A stretch of DNA of 64,000 bases from Mytilus edulis (Eukaryota): the NCBI RefSeq assembly GCF_963676685.1, contig NC_092357.1, forward strand, positions 5,766,001 to 5,830,000. Direction: 5' to 3'. Shown in pieces: positions 22,101-33,853 of the stretch (the first letter of the stretch is position 1; the number at the start of each line of letters is the position of its first letter). The notes beneath the pieces were generated by a model. That model did not search any database, was not told the origin of the DNA, and saw only the letters and a list, made by a program, of their open reading frames with translations. Both the position numbers and the translations under genes were made by a program.

Positions 22101-23799
22101 AAAAGATTGAATATACGCAAAGTTCAATTTAATTTACATCCAGCTGCTTACATATTTACTAGGCTTTCATCGTGGAATTTTTCATGTAAGCAGTGCTTCT
22201 TTTTTTACGATTGTTACCAGTGGATAATTGACCTTATGCTAATTATGCCTGTTGTTTCTTGATGCGATTGATAATTAACGATTACGATAACCCTTTAATT
22301 ATATTTCTTACTAAAGAATATAATTGGACCTTTGGTGGTGCAGCTATTAATCTATCTTATGAGTTTTATTGACCTTGATATGACGACACATTGATCTAAT
22401 GGAGACTTCAAGGTCACGAGTGATTTTTAGGTAATGTTTTAAATGAACAACTAAAATAAGCTATAAAATCAGGTTTAATCTACCATTTTCCTCATTAGAA
22501 AATGCCTGTATCAAGTCAGGAATATGACAATTGTTAGCAATTCGTTTGATGTGTTTGAGCGCTGGATTTTGCCATTTGACTACGGACTTCCCCGTTTTGA
22601 ATTTTACTCGGACTGCGGTATTTCGGTTACTTTGTTATTTGATGGTTGCATAATGCAATGGTGTATTAATAATAACTCATAAGCCTTTCATGTTTTTCTC
22701 ACAAGAACAAAACATGAAGTCAAACCTTCAATTTGCCTGATGTTTTCTACTCAGACAATCAGCTTTCAACTATTTGTCTTTTATTTTTTAATAAAACAAT
22801 AAAGATCGATGTCTTTGAACATTTAAGTTCAATTTTAAATTTATATTTAATTTCGTTTTTCAATTCAAAAACGCCACAAATTAAATATTGATTGTCTTAC
22901 CTTACCTTCAATTTTTAATTTCTGTTAAGAATTATTCTAACCTAACAGAGAAATGATTCTAGTTTTACTTTACAAAAGGCAATTAATTTTCTCAACTAGA
23001 ACCTTTGTTAGTATTCGATAAATTAATAAACTTTCACGGGTATTTATCAACTCAATAGCATTACTAGTAGTCTTTTACATTTCACTATGGAAAAACGGAG
23101 AAATACTGACAGTTTGGCTTTATCAAAGACAATTATTATCTGTACTAGAACAAAATGTATTCGATAAAATAGTGAACTTTTAAAGGTATCCATGAACATG
23201 ATCAACTCAATACAATTACAAGTAGTCTTTGAATTAAAATATTTAAAATCATTCTTACCTTGACATATAAACACTGATAGTTTTATTTTATCATAAAACA
23301 ATTAATTTCCAGTCCTAGCACAGTTTTGTCTGACAGTAGTGAAGCTAGCGTTACATACCAGTATTTTATTTCCGATATAATACATTTACTTTGCGTGACT
23401 TTATATACATCCCACAGTGGATAACACTTAAATAATAAAACAGTTTAGGTGCATTCATTATATCTGACTCTTGTTAATTAGATGCTTTGTGGTTTTTCAT
23501 ACAATAAGTCTATGGTTTTGTTTGTGTTTAAAGCTCACTGGTTTCAATATTGATAATAACGTGACGGAAATCAGTAAAATTGACGACAATTCAGCAGAGA
23601 ATATGAAATATGATAGGTTTTACATCTCTGAATAATTAGGAAAATGCCAATGTTAAATGTATGAAAAACCTAGAGAGGATCATTTCCCGCCAAATTAACA
23701 ATTCAGCAGAGAATAGGAAATATGATAGGTTTTACATTCCTGAATAATTAAGATATTAAATTGATTATGTCTTGGTATAGAGTTGCAATCAACATTAAA

Positions 23800-24620
23800 T
23801 GTTATGACTCTTTCAAATGCATAAAGTTATACTCTCATTCTTGGAAAAGTTTAACAAAGCATTATGAATAAAGGCAACAGTATTATACCACTATTCAAAA
23901 CTCGTAAATCCATGGACAAAAAACCAAATCGGGGTAACAAACTAAAACCGAGGGAAACGCATTAAATATAAGAGGAGAACAACGACACAACATTAAAATG
24001 TAACACACACACAAACGGACTAAGCATTAGACAAAATACGATGAGAATGACAAATATAACATCAAAACTAAATACATGAATTTGGGATAGAAAAGTACCG
24101 TGACACGTCTTATAGTAATGTGAATACACACTCAAATATAAGAGAAAACAAACGACACAACGGAAACACAACGTAAAAATGTTACACACACAGAACTTTT
24201 TCAGTTCTATGAACTTAGGTATGGTGAATTCTTCGTGAATTTATGTTACATCAAAATCATCTATAATTGTATTCGTCAATTTGATTTCAAATGCATACAA
24301 GTTATACTCTCATTCTAGGAAGAGGGACAATTGAAAAATTGTAACAAATCATTATAAACTTTGAAAGAGGTAGGGTGAATTGCTTGTGAATTTAAATTAC
24401 ACTAGAATCATTTAAAATGATTTTCTTAACTTTGATTTCAAATGCATACAAGTTATATACTAATTCTTGGAAGAGGGACAACTGAAAAAGTTTAACAGAG
24501 CATTATAAACTTTGAAAGAGGTAGGGTGAATTTCTCGTGAATTTTATGAGTTTGACTGTCCCTTTGGTATCTTTCGTCCCTCTTTTAGTTACACAAGATC
24601 ATCTAAAAAGGTTTTCTTAA
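23800..24620. repeat. Degenerate ~150-bp tandem repeat (3 units) interrupted by an S3 copy and a Penelope-like tail
   Basis: ttcaaatgcata.aagttatact...ttggaagagggacaa...gtttaaca...cattat at ~23812, ~24286 and ~24437. Confidence 0.65.
23867..24197. repeat. Dispersed SINE-like repeat family S3
   Basis: ataaaggcaacagta.tatacc.ct.ttcaaaactc.taaatccatggacaaaaaac... Also at 3702..3783, 44992..45410, 58149..58362, 42610..42780 and inverted at 36235..36404, 59460..59738. Confidence 0.85.
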
Positions 24621-24646
24621 ATCTTATTTCTTTTCCACTCGCCTTT

Positions 24647-25408
24647 TATATGGTCATTTTTTTTTTTAAATTTCCTGTCACAAAACTTTGATAACTATTT
24701 ACACCACTGGGTCGATGCTTTATATTTTACTAGACTGATAAATATATATGTTATTCAAAGTCTCATGCAAACAAGACAGGAAAAGGAAGTATATTTCTGC
24801 GCAAATTCGGGGATTTAAAAAAAAGTTTGAATCAAAAAGTTAACGATTTTAAGTTCATTAGTATACTGGAAAAATCGGGAAATTTTCCTGATTTTTTTTT
24901 CCTACCGTAATTAGGAACTTCTGGTAGACGTTTCGTCCGCGAGGTATCACCAGCCAAGTAGTCATCATTTCGGTGTTGAGATGAATATCAATTATATTGT
25001 AATTTTTTTTTTAATTTCCTGTTACAAAACTTTGAATTTCCAAAAAACGAAGGATTTTGTTATTCCAGGAGGAATAGATTACCTAAGCAGTATTTGGCAC
25101 AACTTTTTGGAATTTTGGGTCCTCAATGCTCTTCAACTTGTACGTGTTTGGCTGTATAACTTGTTTGATCTGATTACTGTTACAAAACTTTGAATTTTTC
25201 GAAAAACTAAGGATTTTCTTATCCCAGGAATAGATTCCCTAAGACGTATTTGGCACAACCTTAAGGAAATTTCGGTGCTCAATGCTCTCCAACTTTGTAC
25301 TTGTTTGGCTTTACAACTATTTTGATCTGAGCGTCACTGATGAGTCTTATGTAGTCGAAACGCGCGTCTGGCATATTAAATTATAATTCTGGTACCTTTG
25401 ATAACTGT
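24647..25408 (+). mobile_element. Retrozyme-like hammerhead repeat (family A), rearranged partial tandem copies
   Basis: Block cctgttacaaaactttgaa...ggcacaac...ctcaatgctcttcaact...tttgatctga is duplicated (~25018 and ~25177) and ends in a hammerhead plus ...ggtacctttgataact. Confidence 0.75.
25331..25374 (+). ncRNA. Minimal type I hammerhead ribozyme (family A), one stem II mismatch
   Basis: gcgtca-CTGATGA-gtct tatgt agtc-GAAA-cgcgcg-TC-tggcat. Confidence 0.7.
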
Positions 25409-25940
25409 TTCTGTATTTAGCTTTATCAGGAACGCCCAAAGCCAAACATTTTTTAAACCGAAGATAGATAAGTACCGAAAATCGTTGAAGAGCTATAGGT
25501 CAAAAATACCTAAAATAAATAACCAAATTCATCTAAGGCCAACTTTGCCTGAGGGAGTTGAAACCTTAGTTTCATAATGATAATGTATCTAAATTACCAA
25601 TTAGGTTTGGGACGTCTACATATTGTTTAATTCCCAAGCACAATTATAAATAAAACATCATATTAAGAAGATTAAAATTATGTTATTTATAATTATTACC
25701 ATACTAATTATAATTCATATCTACACAAAAGTGTTGAGGAATGAATTGGTGATATTCTCGTGAAGGTAGCTTACCCCAGAAGTGTAAACAGTTAATTAGT
25801 GAGACAAAAAGCATTTCCTTGAATAACCTGAGTTGCTAGAGGTTTATAAGGATTTATTTAACCAATTCAGTATATATAATGAAATGATGCATATTGTGTT
25901 TTTTTTATACTTATTTTCTCATTTCACTCTTTTTAACTAA

Positions 25941-26964
25941 ATTTGAATGATACTTATAAAGTGGGCTGGTTGTTGTCGCTTTGACACATTCCCCATTTTC
26001 ATTCTCAATTTTAATTTGAATGATACTTATAAAGTGGGTTGGTTGTAATCGCTTTGACACATTCCCCATTTCCATTCTCAATTTTAATTTGAATGAAACT
26101 TATAAAGTGGGCTAGTTGTTGTCGCTTTGACACATTCCCCATTTCCATTCTCAATTTTAATTTGAATGATACTTATTAATTGGGCTGGTTTTTGTCGCTT
26201 TGACACATTCCCGATTTCCATTCTCAATTTTAATTTGAATGATACTTATTAATTGGGCTGGTTGTTGTCGCTTTGTCACATTCCCCATTTACATTCTCAA
26301 TTTTAATTTGAATGATACTTATAAAGTGGGTTGGTTGTAATCGCTTTGACACATTCCCCATTTCCATTCTCAATTTTAATTTGAATGATACTTATAAAGT
26401 GGGCTAGTTGTTGTCGCTTTGACGCATTCCCCATTTCCATTCTCAATTTTAATTTGAATGATACTTATTAATTGGGCTGGTTTTTGTCGCTTTGACACAT
26501 TCCCCATTTCCATTCTCAATTTTAATTTGAATGATACTTATTAATTGGGCTGGTTGTTGTCGCTTTGTCACATTCCCCATTTCCATTCTCAATTTTAATT
26601 TGAATGATACTTATAAAGTGGGCTGGTTGTTGTCGCTTTGACACATTCCCCATTTCCATTCTCAATTTTAATTTGAATGATACTAATAAAGTGGGCTGGT
26701 TGTTGTCACTTTGTCACATTCACCATTTGCATTCTCAATTTTAATTTGAATGATACTTATAAAGTGGGCTGGTGGTTGTCGCTTTAACACATTCCCCATT
26801 TCCATTCTCAATTTAGATTTGAATGATACTTATAAAGTGGGTTGGTTGTTGTCGCTTTGAAACATTCCCATTTCCATTCTCAATTTTAATTTGAATGATA
26901 CTTATAAAGTGGGCTGGTTGTTGTCGCTTTGACACATTCCCCATTTCCATTCTCAATTTTAATT
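25941..26964. repeat. Tandem satellite, 14 x 73 bp
   Basis: Unit atttgaatgatacttataaagtgggctggttgttgtcgctttgacacattccccatttccattctcaatttta; unit starts at 25941, 26014, 26087 and so on. Confidence 0.95.
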
Positions 26965-27169
26965 ACTAGAGTTATCAGTTCATCGTCTAAAAATCTTGAA
27001 AAACAGAATTCCTGTGTTCATGCATTGCCTTTTAATAATTTTAAACGCTCTCTGTTTAAAGATATTTTCAATATTCCAAATAAGGCAACATTTCGTTGCA
27101 AAATAAATCATTTCTGAAACTCGGCCGTATGTCAAAGTATAAACACAATAGAGATAACCATTTAATCAG

Positions 27170-27261
27170 CTAAGACGCCTTCTTCTTATTGCGTATCCTC
27201 TCTTGGGTGACACTAGATTCCGAAAATCCATTATTCATTACCGTTACGTTCACTGGTGGTT
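27170..27261 (-). CDS. Possible terminal exon (unidentified gene or pseudogene)
   Basis: Acceptor tgattttcaaAG, then (E)PPVNVTVMNNGFSESSVTQERIRNKKKAS-TAG. Confidence 0.3.
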
Positions 27262-28389
27262 CTTTGAAAATCAGAAACAAGAGGGGGAAATGTGTACAGT
27301 AAAATCACCTATACATTTATTTAAAAGCACTATCTTTATCTACATTAAAATCAGAAGAGAAGTTGTGATTTTTAAAAGTTAGCGTGGTTGAATCGTCTGT
27401 ATATCATTCAGTCTTAACGACATTTGCTCATATCAAAATAGTAATTAAAAATATTTAAAAATCAGGGTTTTATTTATAACAGCTCTTGAGGTTTTCAATA
27501 CATATGAAGACATTTTTAGCCAGGCGTTGTCAGTTTATTTTCGATATATGAGTTTCACTGTCCCTCTTTAAAAGCGGAAAACACATATATATTGTACGAA
27601 TACCATTTTGATATCTTATAAAATAATGTGCTGTTTTATCCTATGAATTTAAAAATAAGGAAATATGATTGTCAATGAGAAAACTCTGAATTAGAAACCA
27701 GATCACATAGAAGGGTACAAAAACAAATCATGTCTTTTATTATTTTTCATTTTAACCTGTTTTATACATCATCATTTAGTGGTCTGATGTACAGTAGCCA
27801 TTGGATTTAGGTTTACACCTGTTTTTATGTGAGCGTAACAGACTTTTGTAGAAGAAACGCGCGTCTCCAATAAAATACAAAATGTCAATCTTAAGTTTAT
27901 TTACCGATAATGTATCGACCTATTAACTCAAAAAGAACTCTTAGTTATCATACTGACCATTCGGTGCTTCGCATTATTTTATTACGCCTTTTTGAATTAC
28001 AGTGTTATTTTTGACAAATTGCACTCCAAGAGATATTCAACCAGTAAAAAAGACAACCATTACAACTCCCACCAGTTATGATAACCCGGGTTCTTTTTTC
28101 GGGAACCAGATGCTGCTCTACATCTGGAACCGGTCGTGTTGATAATGTTAATAGAAACTCGGTGATAAATATAATATTTGGTAGGTCACATTCGGAGGCT
28201 ACGATTGTAGTACCAACAGTAGAAACATATTCATTGTGATGTCAAACAAATATTAAGTAATAGTCAGCCAACTCATGATGGCGTCTGTAATGTTTGCAAA
28301 GGAGTGATTTAATCTTCATCACTTGAAACTCTTAGTTGGTAGCTTCTTTGAATATCAAAAATTAAAAACAACACATTTAATAATTTTTT

Positions 28390-28431
28390 GCATCCGAAGC
28401 GCTTTTATGAATTTACCTTCACCAGGAACGC
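28390..28431 (-). ncRNA. Degenerate hammerhead motif (family B)
   Basis: Minus strand gcgttc-CTGGTGA-aggtaaattca-TAAA-agcgct-TC-ggatgc; the catalytic core is mutated. Confidence 0.45.
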
Positions 28432-29791
28432 TCAAAAGCAAACATTTAACTTGTAGAACAAATCTAAACCGCGTAATAACGATATAAAAGTTAATAAAGA
28501 ACAAATCAGAGGTACTGGCCAGACAAAACTATATTAGAAATATTTTTTTCATTCGTATGATGTGTTTGTTCTTTTGGTATTGCCATGTCATAAGGGACTC
28601 TTCGCCATGAATTTTCGTGTCAGTTCGGTATTTTTGGTATTTTACTTTTTTAAGCAATAGCATGAATATATCATTTTCTAAATGTTTTTATAATTTATAA
28701 CAGAAAATTTATATATTTCAATTAGTTGTGCGTGTTCTTGGATCTCGTTAACATGTATAATTGAGGGAAGTGAATTTTACTTACTATCAATGGAAAAAAT
28801 ATAAAGCACATAAATTTCAATATTGGACTTTTGATCTTAAAATGAAAGCAGTTAAAACATTTAGATGATTCAACTATTCGTAAATAACACGTCTTCTAAT
28901 TGGCTGTAAGTTTCTTGTATATCCTCTAATACACAAAATTTTGACATGTGACCGTGACGTCATCAACTATTTTCATCATCTAGTCATTAAGGATGGAATT
29001 AAGAATTTGATTATAAAGAATGACTGTAATGTTGTTTTCTATCTATCCTAAATAACCTCAAAATGTAGTGCACACTTTTAAATAATCAGCTAAGCAGGTT
29101 ATTCAGTGTATTATGGTATTTCTTCATAGACAGAAACAGTATTAAAAGCATTCCGTAAATTGAATTTTGCTGTTACCCTTATTCGCTGTTTGTATGTTTT
29201 CCTTTATAGAAACTTGAGATTGACATCTTCGTCATGTCAATTGTGTATTGACTAAATCTAATACTCGTCTAAAATGTATACATATGTGATAATTTATAGA
29301 TAAGGAAATTGCTTTTTATGATACCGTACAGTATTTCCGACTTTGAAAGGATTCATGACATTTTTTGAATGATGCGTAGACGTATGCGTAGACGGTATGT
29401 TTTACAATTATTGCTCCTAATCCCTTCCTCAGACATGGCACATAATTATTGTTATGAAAAGTCAATAAATCTACATAACTTTATTACAATGACAAAATAA
29501 GATATACTGTAAATTGGGGATCACATACAGAACATCAGATGTGATCCAAGTTTTTATTAACCAAGTTATAAGATCACGGCATTGTTCTTATTAACCATTT
29601 GATCAAATAAAAGAAAGGACTTTGATCAAAACCCAAATCAGAGATATACATACAATAATTAAAATCATTTATATATTATATATAACAGATAGTTAAAATT
29701 AAGTATGGACATGGCACAACATTTTTGTATTTTGGGTCCTCAGTGCTCTTCAACTTTGTACGTGTTTGGCTTTATAACTATTTACATCTGA

Positions 29792-29835
29792 GCGTCACTG
29801 ATGAGTCTTATGTAGACGAAACGCGCGTCTGGCGT
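29792..29835 (+). ncRNA. Minimal type I hammerhead ribozyme (family A), intact core, in repeat ~29712..29870
   Basis: Stem I gcgtca/tggcgt; CTGATGA 29798-29804; stem II gtct/agac; GAAA 29818-29821; palindromic stem III ACGCGCGT; GTC cleavage triplet ending at 29829. Confidence 0.85.
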
Positions 29836-30781
29836 ATTAAATTATAATCCTGGTACCCTTGATAACTATTGTACATGGTACTGTTGCATGCACTATTATT
29901 ATGCCAGCTTTAGCTGGCACTTATGGTAGAAGCATCGTTTTGGAATAAAGAACGATAACTCTCTCTACACGACCCATCTGAAAAGTTTCGTCACTCTCGT
30001 TAAATCTCGTACGATTATTTTTTTTAATGGCGGCCGAATTTAACGTTTCAACGCGACCTTGAAAAAACGGGACAGATCGGAATAATTTTGATATTAAATA
30101 CGACATGAATTTTTATTTGTTTGCAAAAACAAGAATTCAGAAATTTTGGTTAAATTTTATCGTACCACGGAAATTACCGAAGTTTGTACAACATCTGACG
30201 CCATGTTTCGTCTGCTTCAACATTCCATTATCAGTGAGGTCAAAACAAATTACCCAAATAATCACAGGTTCTTCATTTAAAAGTTACAAAATCATAGATA
30301 ACGATAACATATTTAGCGTAAAAGTTCCGTCCAGCCATGGGAACACAGAAAAAATCTCTGCAAGCAATACATTTCGGATTTTTTTTTTATAATGGCCATC
30401 CGGTCCGGCATGCGAGGGAAACTCCGGTTCACTGGTTGACCATGACTACTTATGTTCATCTGCCACATTATTCCCCACATCAAGGAACAGTGATAATTAT
30501 ACTGTTGAATGTGATCACGGTTATTCATGTGGTCAATGGCGAATCCAGCATTTTTCATAAGGGGGGCCCGCTGACGGGATGCTCCAGTCATGCTTCAGTG
30601 ATTCCCTATATAATCCACATTTTGTCCCAAGAAAAGGGGGACCGTCGCCCCTCTGGATCATATGGTAGCTCACAGACTAATTCAAAACTTAACAAAAGTT
30701 TAAAACATAAAAAATTATTAAAATAATTTACAATCTTCTAATTCTGTACTTCCTTCAAATGGCAAACTCTCAACAAATCTT

Positions 30782-31170
30782 TTCATTGATTATGTCACAC
30801 CTTATACAGTCCCAGGAGATGGAAACTGTTTAGTTTCCACTCTCTAAGTTTAATCATTAAAAGAGACTTGAGTCTGAGTAGTACATTTAGAACTGACTAC
30901 TGTATATATTGTATGTTCCCATATTGTCCACAATTGGATTCTTTTTGAGAAGATGGAGTTATTATGATAATCCATGAGAATACCATGACTTTGATAGGTA
31001 TATACAGGGCATGTTACTTGGAAGTATGTGGGCTACATCCTTTAAAATTCAAGCTGCAGCAGTCGCCTGTATATTTTATGCATCAGTTTAAACCTGATCA
31101 AAACATTTTCACTCTACCAAGTACTTTATCACTATATCACTATCAGGTTCACATTTCAACCTATTTAGCA
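30782..31170 (+). pseudogene. Frameshifted OTU-like cysteine protease (deubiquitinase) domain relic
   Basis: Across frameshifts: YTVPGDGNCL / FHSLSLII...R / IVCSHIVHNWILF / YIQGMLLGSMWATSFKIQAAA / ITISLSGSHFNL, giving the Cys-box, W-A-T helix and His-box in the correct order and spacing. Confidence 0.7.
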
Positions 31171-33718
31171 ATACACACTTATGGTTATATAACATCACAG
31201 TACAAAAATTGTACTCAGTAACCAACTTGCACCTATTAAGCAAAAATAAAACTGCAAAAATCTTGCAAGTTTTCTTTCACCTTGTGAAGTTATCTTATCA
31301 TCTTTTTAAAATGAGCAAATTAAATTTGTTACCAGCATCCTTTTCTTCAAAAAATAATAGTTAAAGCATGGAATAATGTCAAATTGTTCGGAATATTTGA
31401 AGAAATAAAACAAAATCTCTGTTTTAAGGATTTGAAATTAACCATACATGTAATGATGTATGGAATGTGAGTACTAACCTCAATACAGTATCATGGATTA
31501 TTTGGGTGTAATTTCAAACCCATTTTTCAATGACTCTACATGGACTCAAAATTAAATTGGTGTAACTATATTGTAGACAAGGATAGTCTACAAAACAAGC
31601 ACAGAATAAACTTTTGTCTGGTACATAAAAAAGTTGGTCAAAAAAATAACAATTTAGGTGCAATTTGGGTATTCTCATGTTAGCAACTTCACAACAGAAC
31701 TTCAAATTTATTTTCATGACCAAAAAAATATAAAAGTACTAACCTAAAGGCAATAAAATGCTTTGCCACGCCTGATACGACCACAGATGTATATTTAGCA
31801 TATAAAAAAAATTTGTTTTATGTCAGTTGAAATCAAACATATTCTAATTTTGGATGCTTTAAACTTCAATATGAACTAATTTGAACCCACATATTTCTAT
31901 TCAGCAGAAGTCTCTAACTACATATCTCCTTCATTTCATATGATAGCAAGTCCTACAAAAATATTGAAAATGTGTACATTTAATTTTTTTCTAGCTTCTC
32001 TCATGTGAAAGCAGTACCTTTTTGGTCACTATTTATGTGTTGCGTCTAAAAAAATAAAACACCCCCAATATGTTATACCATAACCCCAAAATCAATTCTA
32101 ATCTTCCTTTTGTGTATTGGACCTTCTAGTAAAATTTCATAGAGACCCATTTACTTATACTCAAGTTATTGTCTGGAAACCAAATGTGTCTTCTTGAAAA
32201 CAACTATGACATGATTAAGCATTACTCGAAAGCAAATTTTTGACATGCTTGTATTTCCCATTTCGATTTTCAATTTTATTTTGCTGTCATATAAAAACTT
32301 GAAAAGTAAGCTACATCATGTACATGTAACAAAAAAAATATATGCAAGAAATGACGTAAAACTGACTCTGAATTAGTACATGAAATTGATGTAGAACTTA
32401 CAAACTGAAGATGATCAGAAATAATGTTTTTTTATTCCAGTCAGATTTTTTCTACCGAAGCGCTATCAATTAAAATTATTTAGTCAAAATTTAACACTAG
32501 TATTAAGGTTCATCATAACAAATTGGCAAATACGGCCTTATTTTCACCTAAAAAAACTACTGTGTACAGACCTACATGTGCGGTTTGGGAAGTTTTTATG
32601 TTTTTAGATATATAAAAGTTAAATTTATTTTGCATATCTGAAAGATAAAATCATTTTTGGTGTAGATATCTGGATTCAAAATATTTTTTTTGTCTAATGC
32701 TTGAACAGATTTTTTATTCATCAATTTGGGAATCAGAATATTTTTTGTCAGGAAAAATACCATAACCCCTCATGCCTTTTCAAGTTCAATGTTAGTTCCC
32801 TAAACATTTTCCATCTGAACTTATTATTTTCTTTTAGACATAAACAATATGTTAATGTACCCTAGGACATTCGTTCTGAACATGCATGAAATATTTGCCA
32901 CTGGACGTTAAACAACCAACAACCAATCAATATATAGGACATTGTCTTAGTATAAAGCTGTCTTTAAGGTAGCGCTTTCCTCAAATTATCATTGTGGTTT
33001 GGTAGTACGCCGGTGTATACATCCGTATCATAAACGTAATTCATTCAAAAGATAAAATACTTTCACCTCAATATCAATAACTTTCAAAAGTGCATTTCTT
33101 AACTAACTATGAACATTGCATATGACATTGATTCGTGCACTGTTAATTATATATAAAATATCCTGTTTGGTACCTATTTAAAGTACATCGACAATTTTAC
33201 AATTTTATAACGGAGATTTGGTACTTTCAGTTTATTATTAGTACATGTATATGTCAAAACAATTTGATAGTACGTAGGTTGGTATTTATCAATTATGTTA
33301 TCTGTTTAACGAAATAATCGACTGGATCTTTTAGTGCTTTTTTTGTACCTTGGTGTTCTACTGGTCGAGATCATAGGAATGTTTGAGTGCAGATTACCTT
33401 ATTGTAGCTTATCACGGATTTGTTCGTCTCTCTTAAGTATGGTGTTTCGTCAATGGTCTTTGTTTATCTATAATGTGTGTTTGTCCTTTGGTGGATTTGT
33501 TTTTAATTTAATTACAGATATACATGGTAAAAATAAAATGGGGAATGTGTCAAAGAGGCAACAACCTGACAAGCAGAAGGTCACCAATAGGTCTTCAATG
33601 CAGAGAGAAATTCCCCACCCGGAGGCGTTCTTCTGCTTGCCCCCAAACAAAGACATACACTAGCTTAGTGATAATGAACGCCATATCAAATGGTAGTTTA
33701 TTTTATTTTCCTTCATAC

Positions 33719-33853
33719 CTTGTCTAGGTAAGAAGGCAAAGTGGTAAATCTTTGAATGACTAGACTATTCTTTAAAATTTGATCCATTGACATTAGTGTA
33801 CTGGATTGTTGTATGTAAAGGGAGCAAGCTTCATCAATGCTTTCTATTAATGT
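33719..33853 (-). CDS. Candidate internal exon (135 nt, phase 0-0) of an unidentified gene or pseudogene
   Basis: Acceptor cacttattcAG, donor caag|GTatga; open frame TLIESIDEACSLYIQQSSTLMSMDQILKNSLVIQRFTTLPSYLDK. Confidence 0.4.

Noticed and set aside
25941-26964. Regular repeat array as a CRISPR
   Set aside because: Units are contiguous with no unique spacers, there are no cas genes and the context is eukaryotic.
30105-30726. Overlapping 92-129 aa ORFs as a gene
   Set aside because: No recognisable domain; locally higher GC, partly from a small ggcg.atccag...ctggatc MITE-like insert (~30537..30660), explains the open frames.
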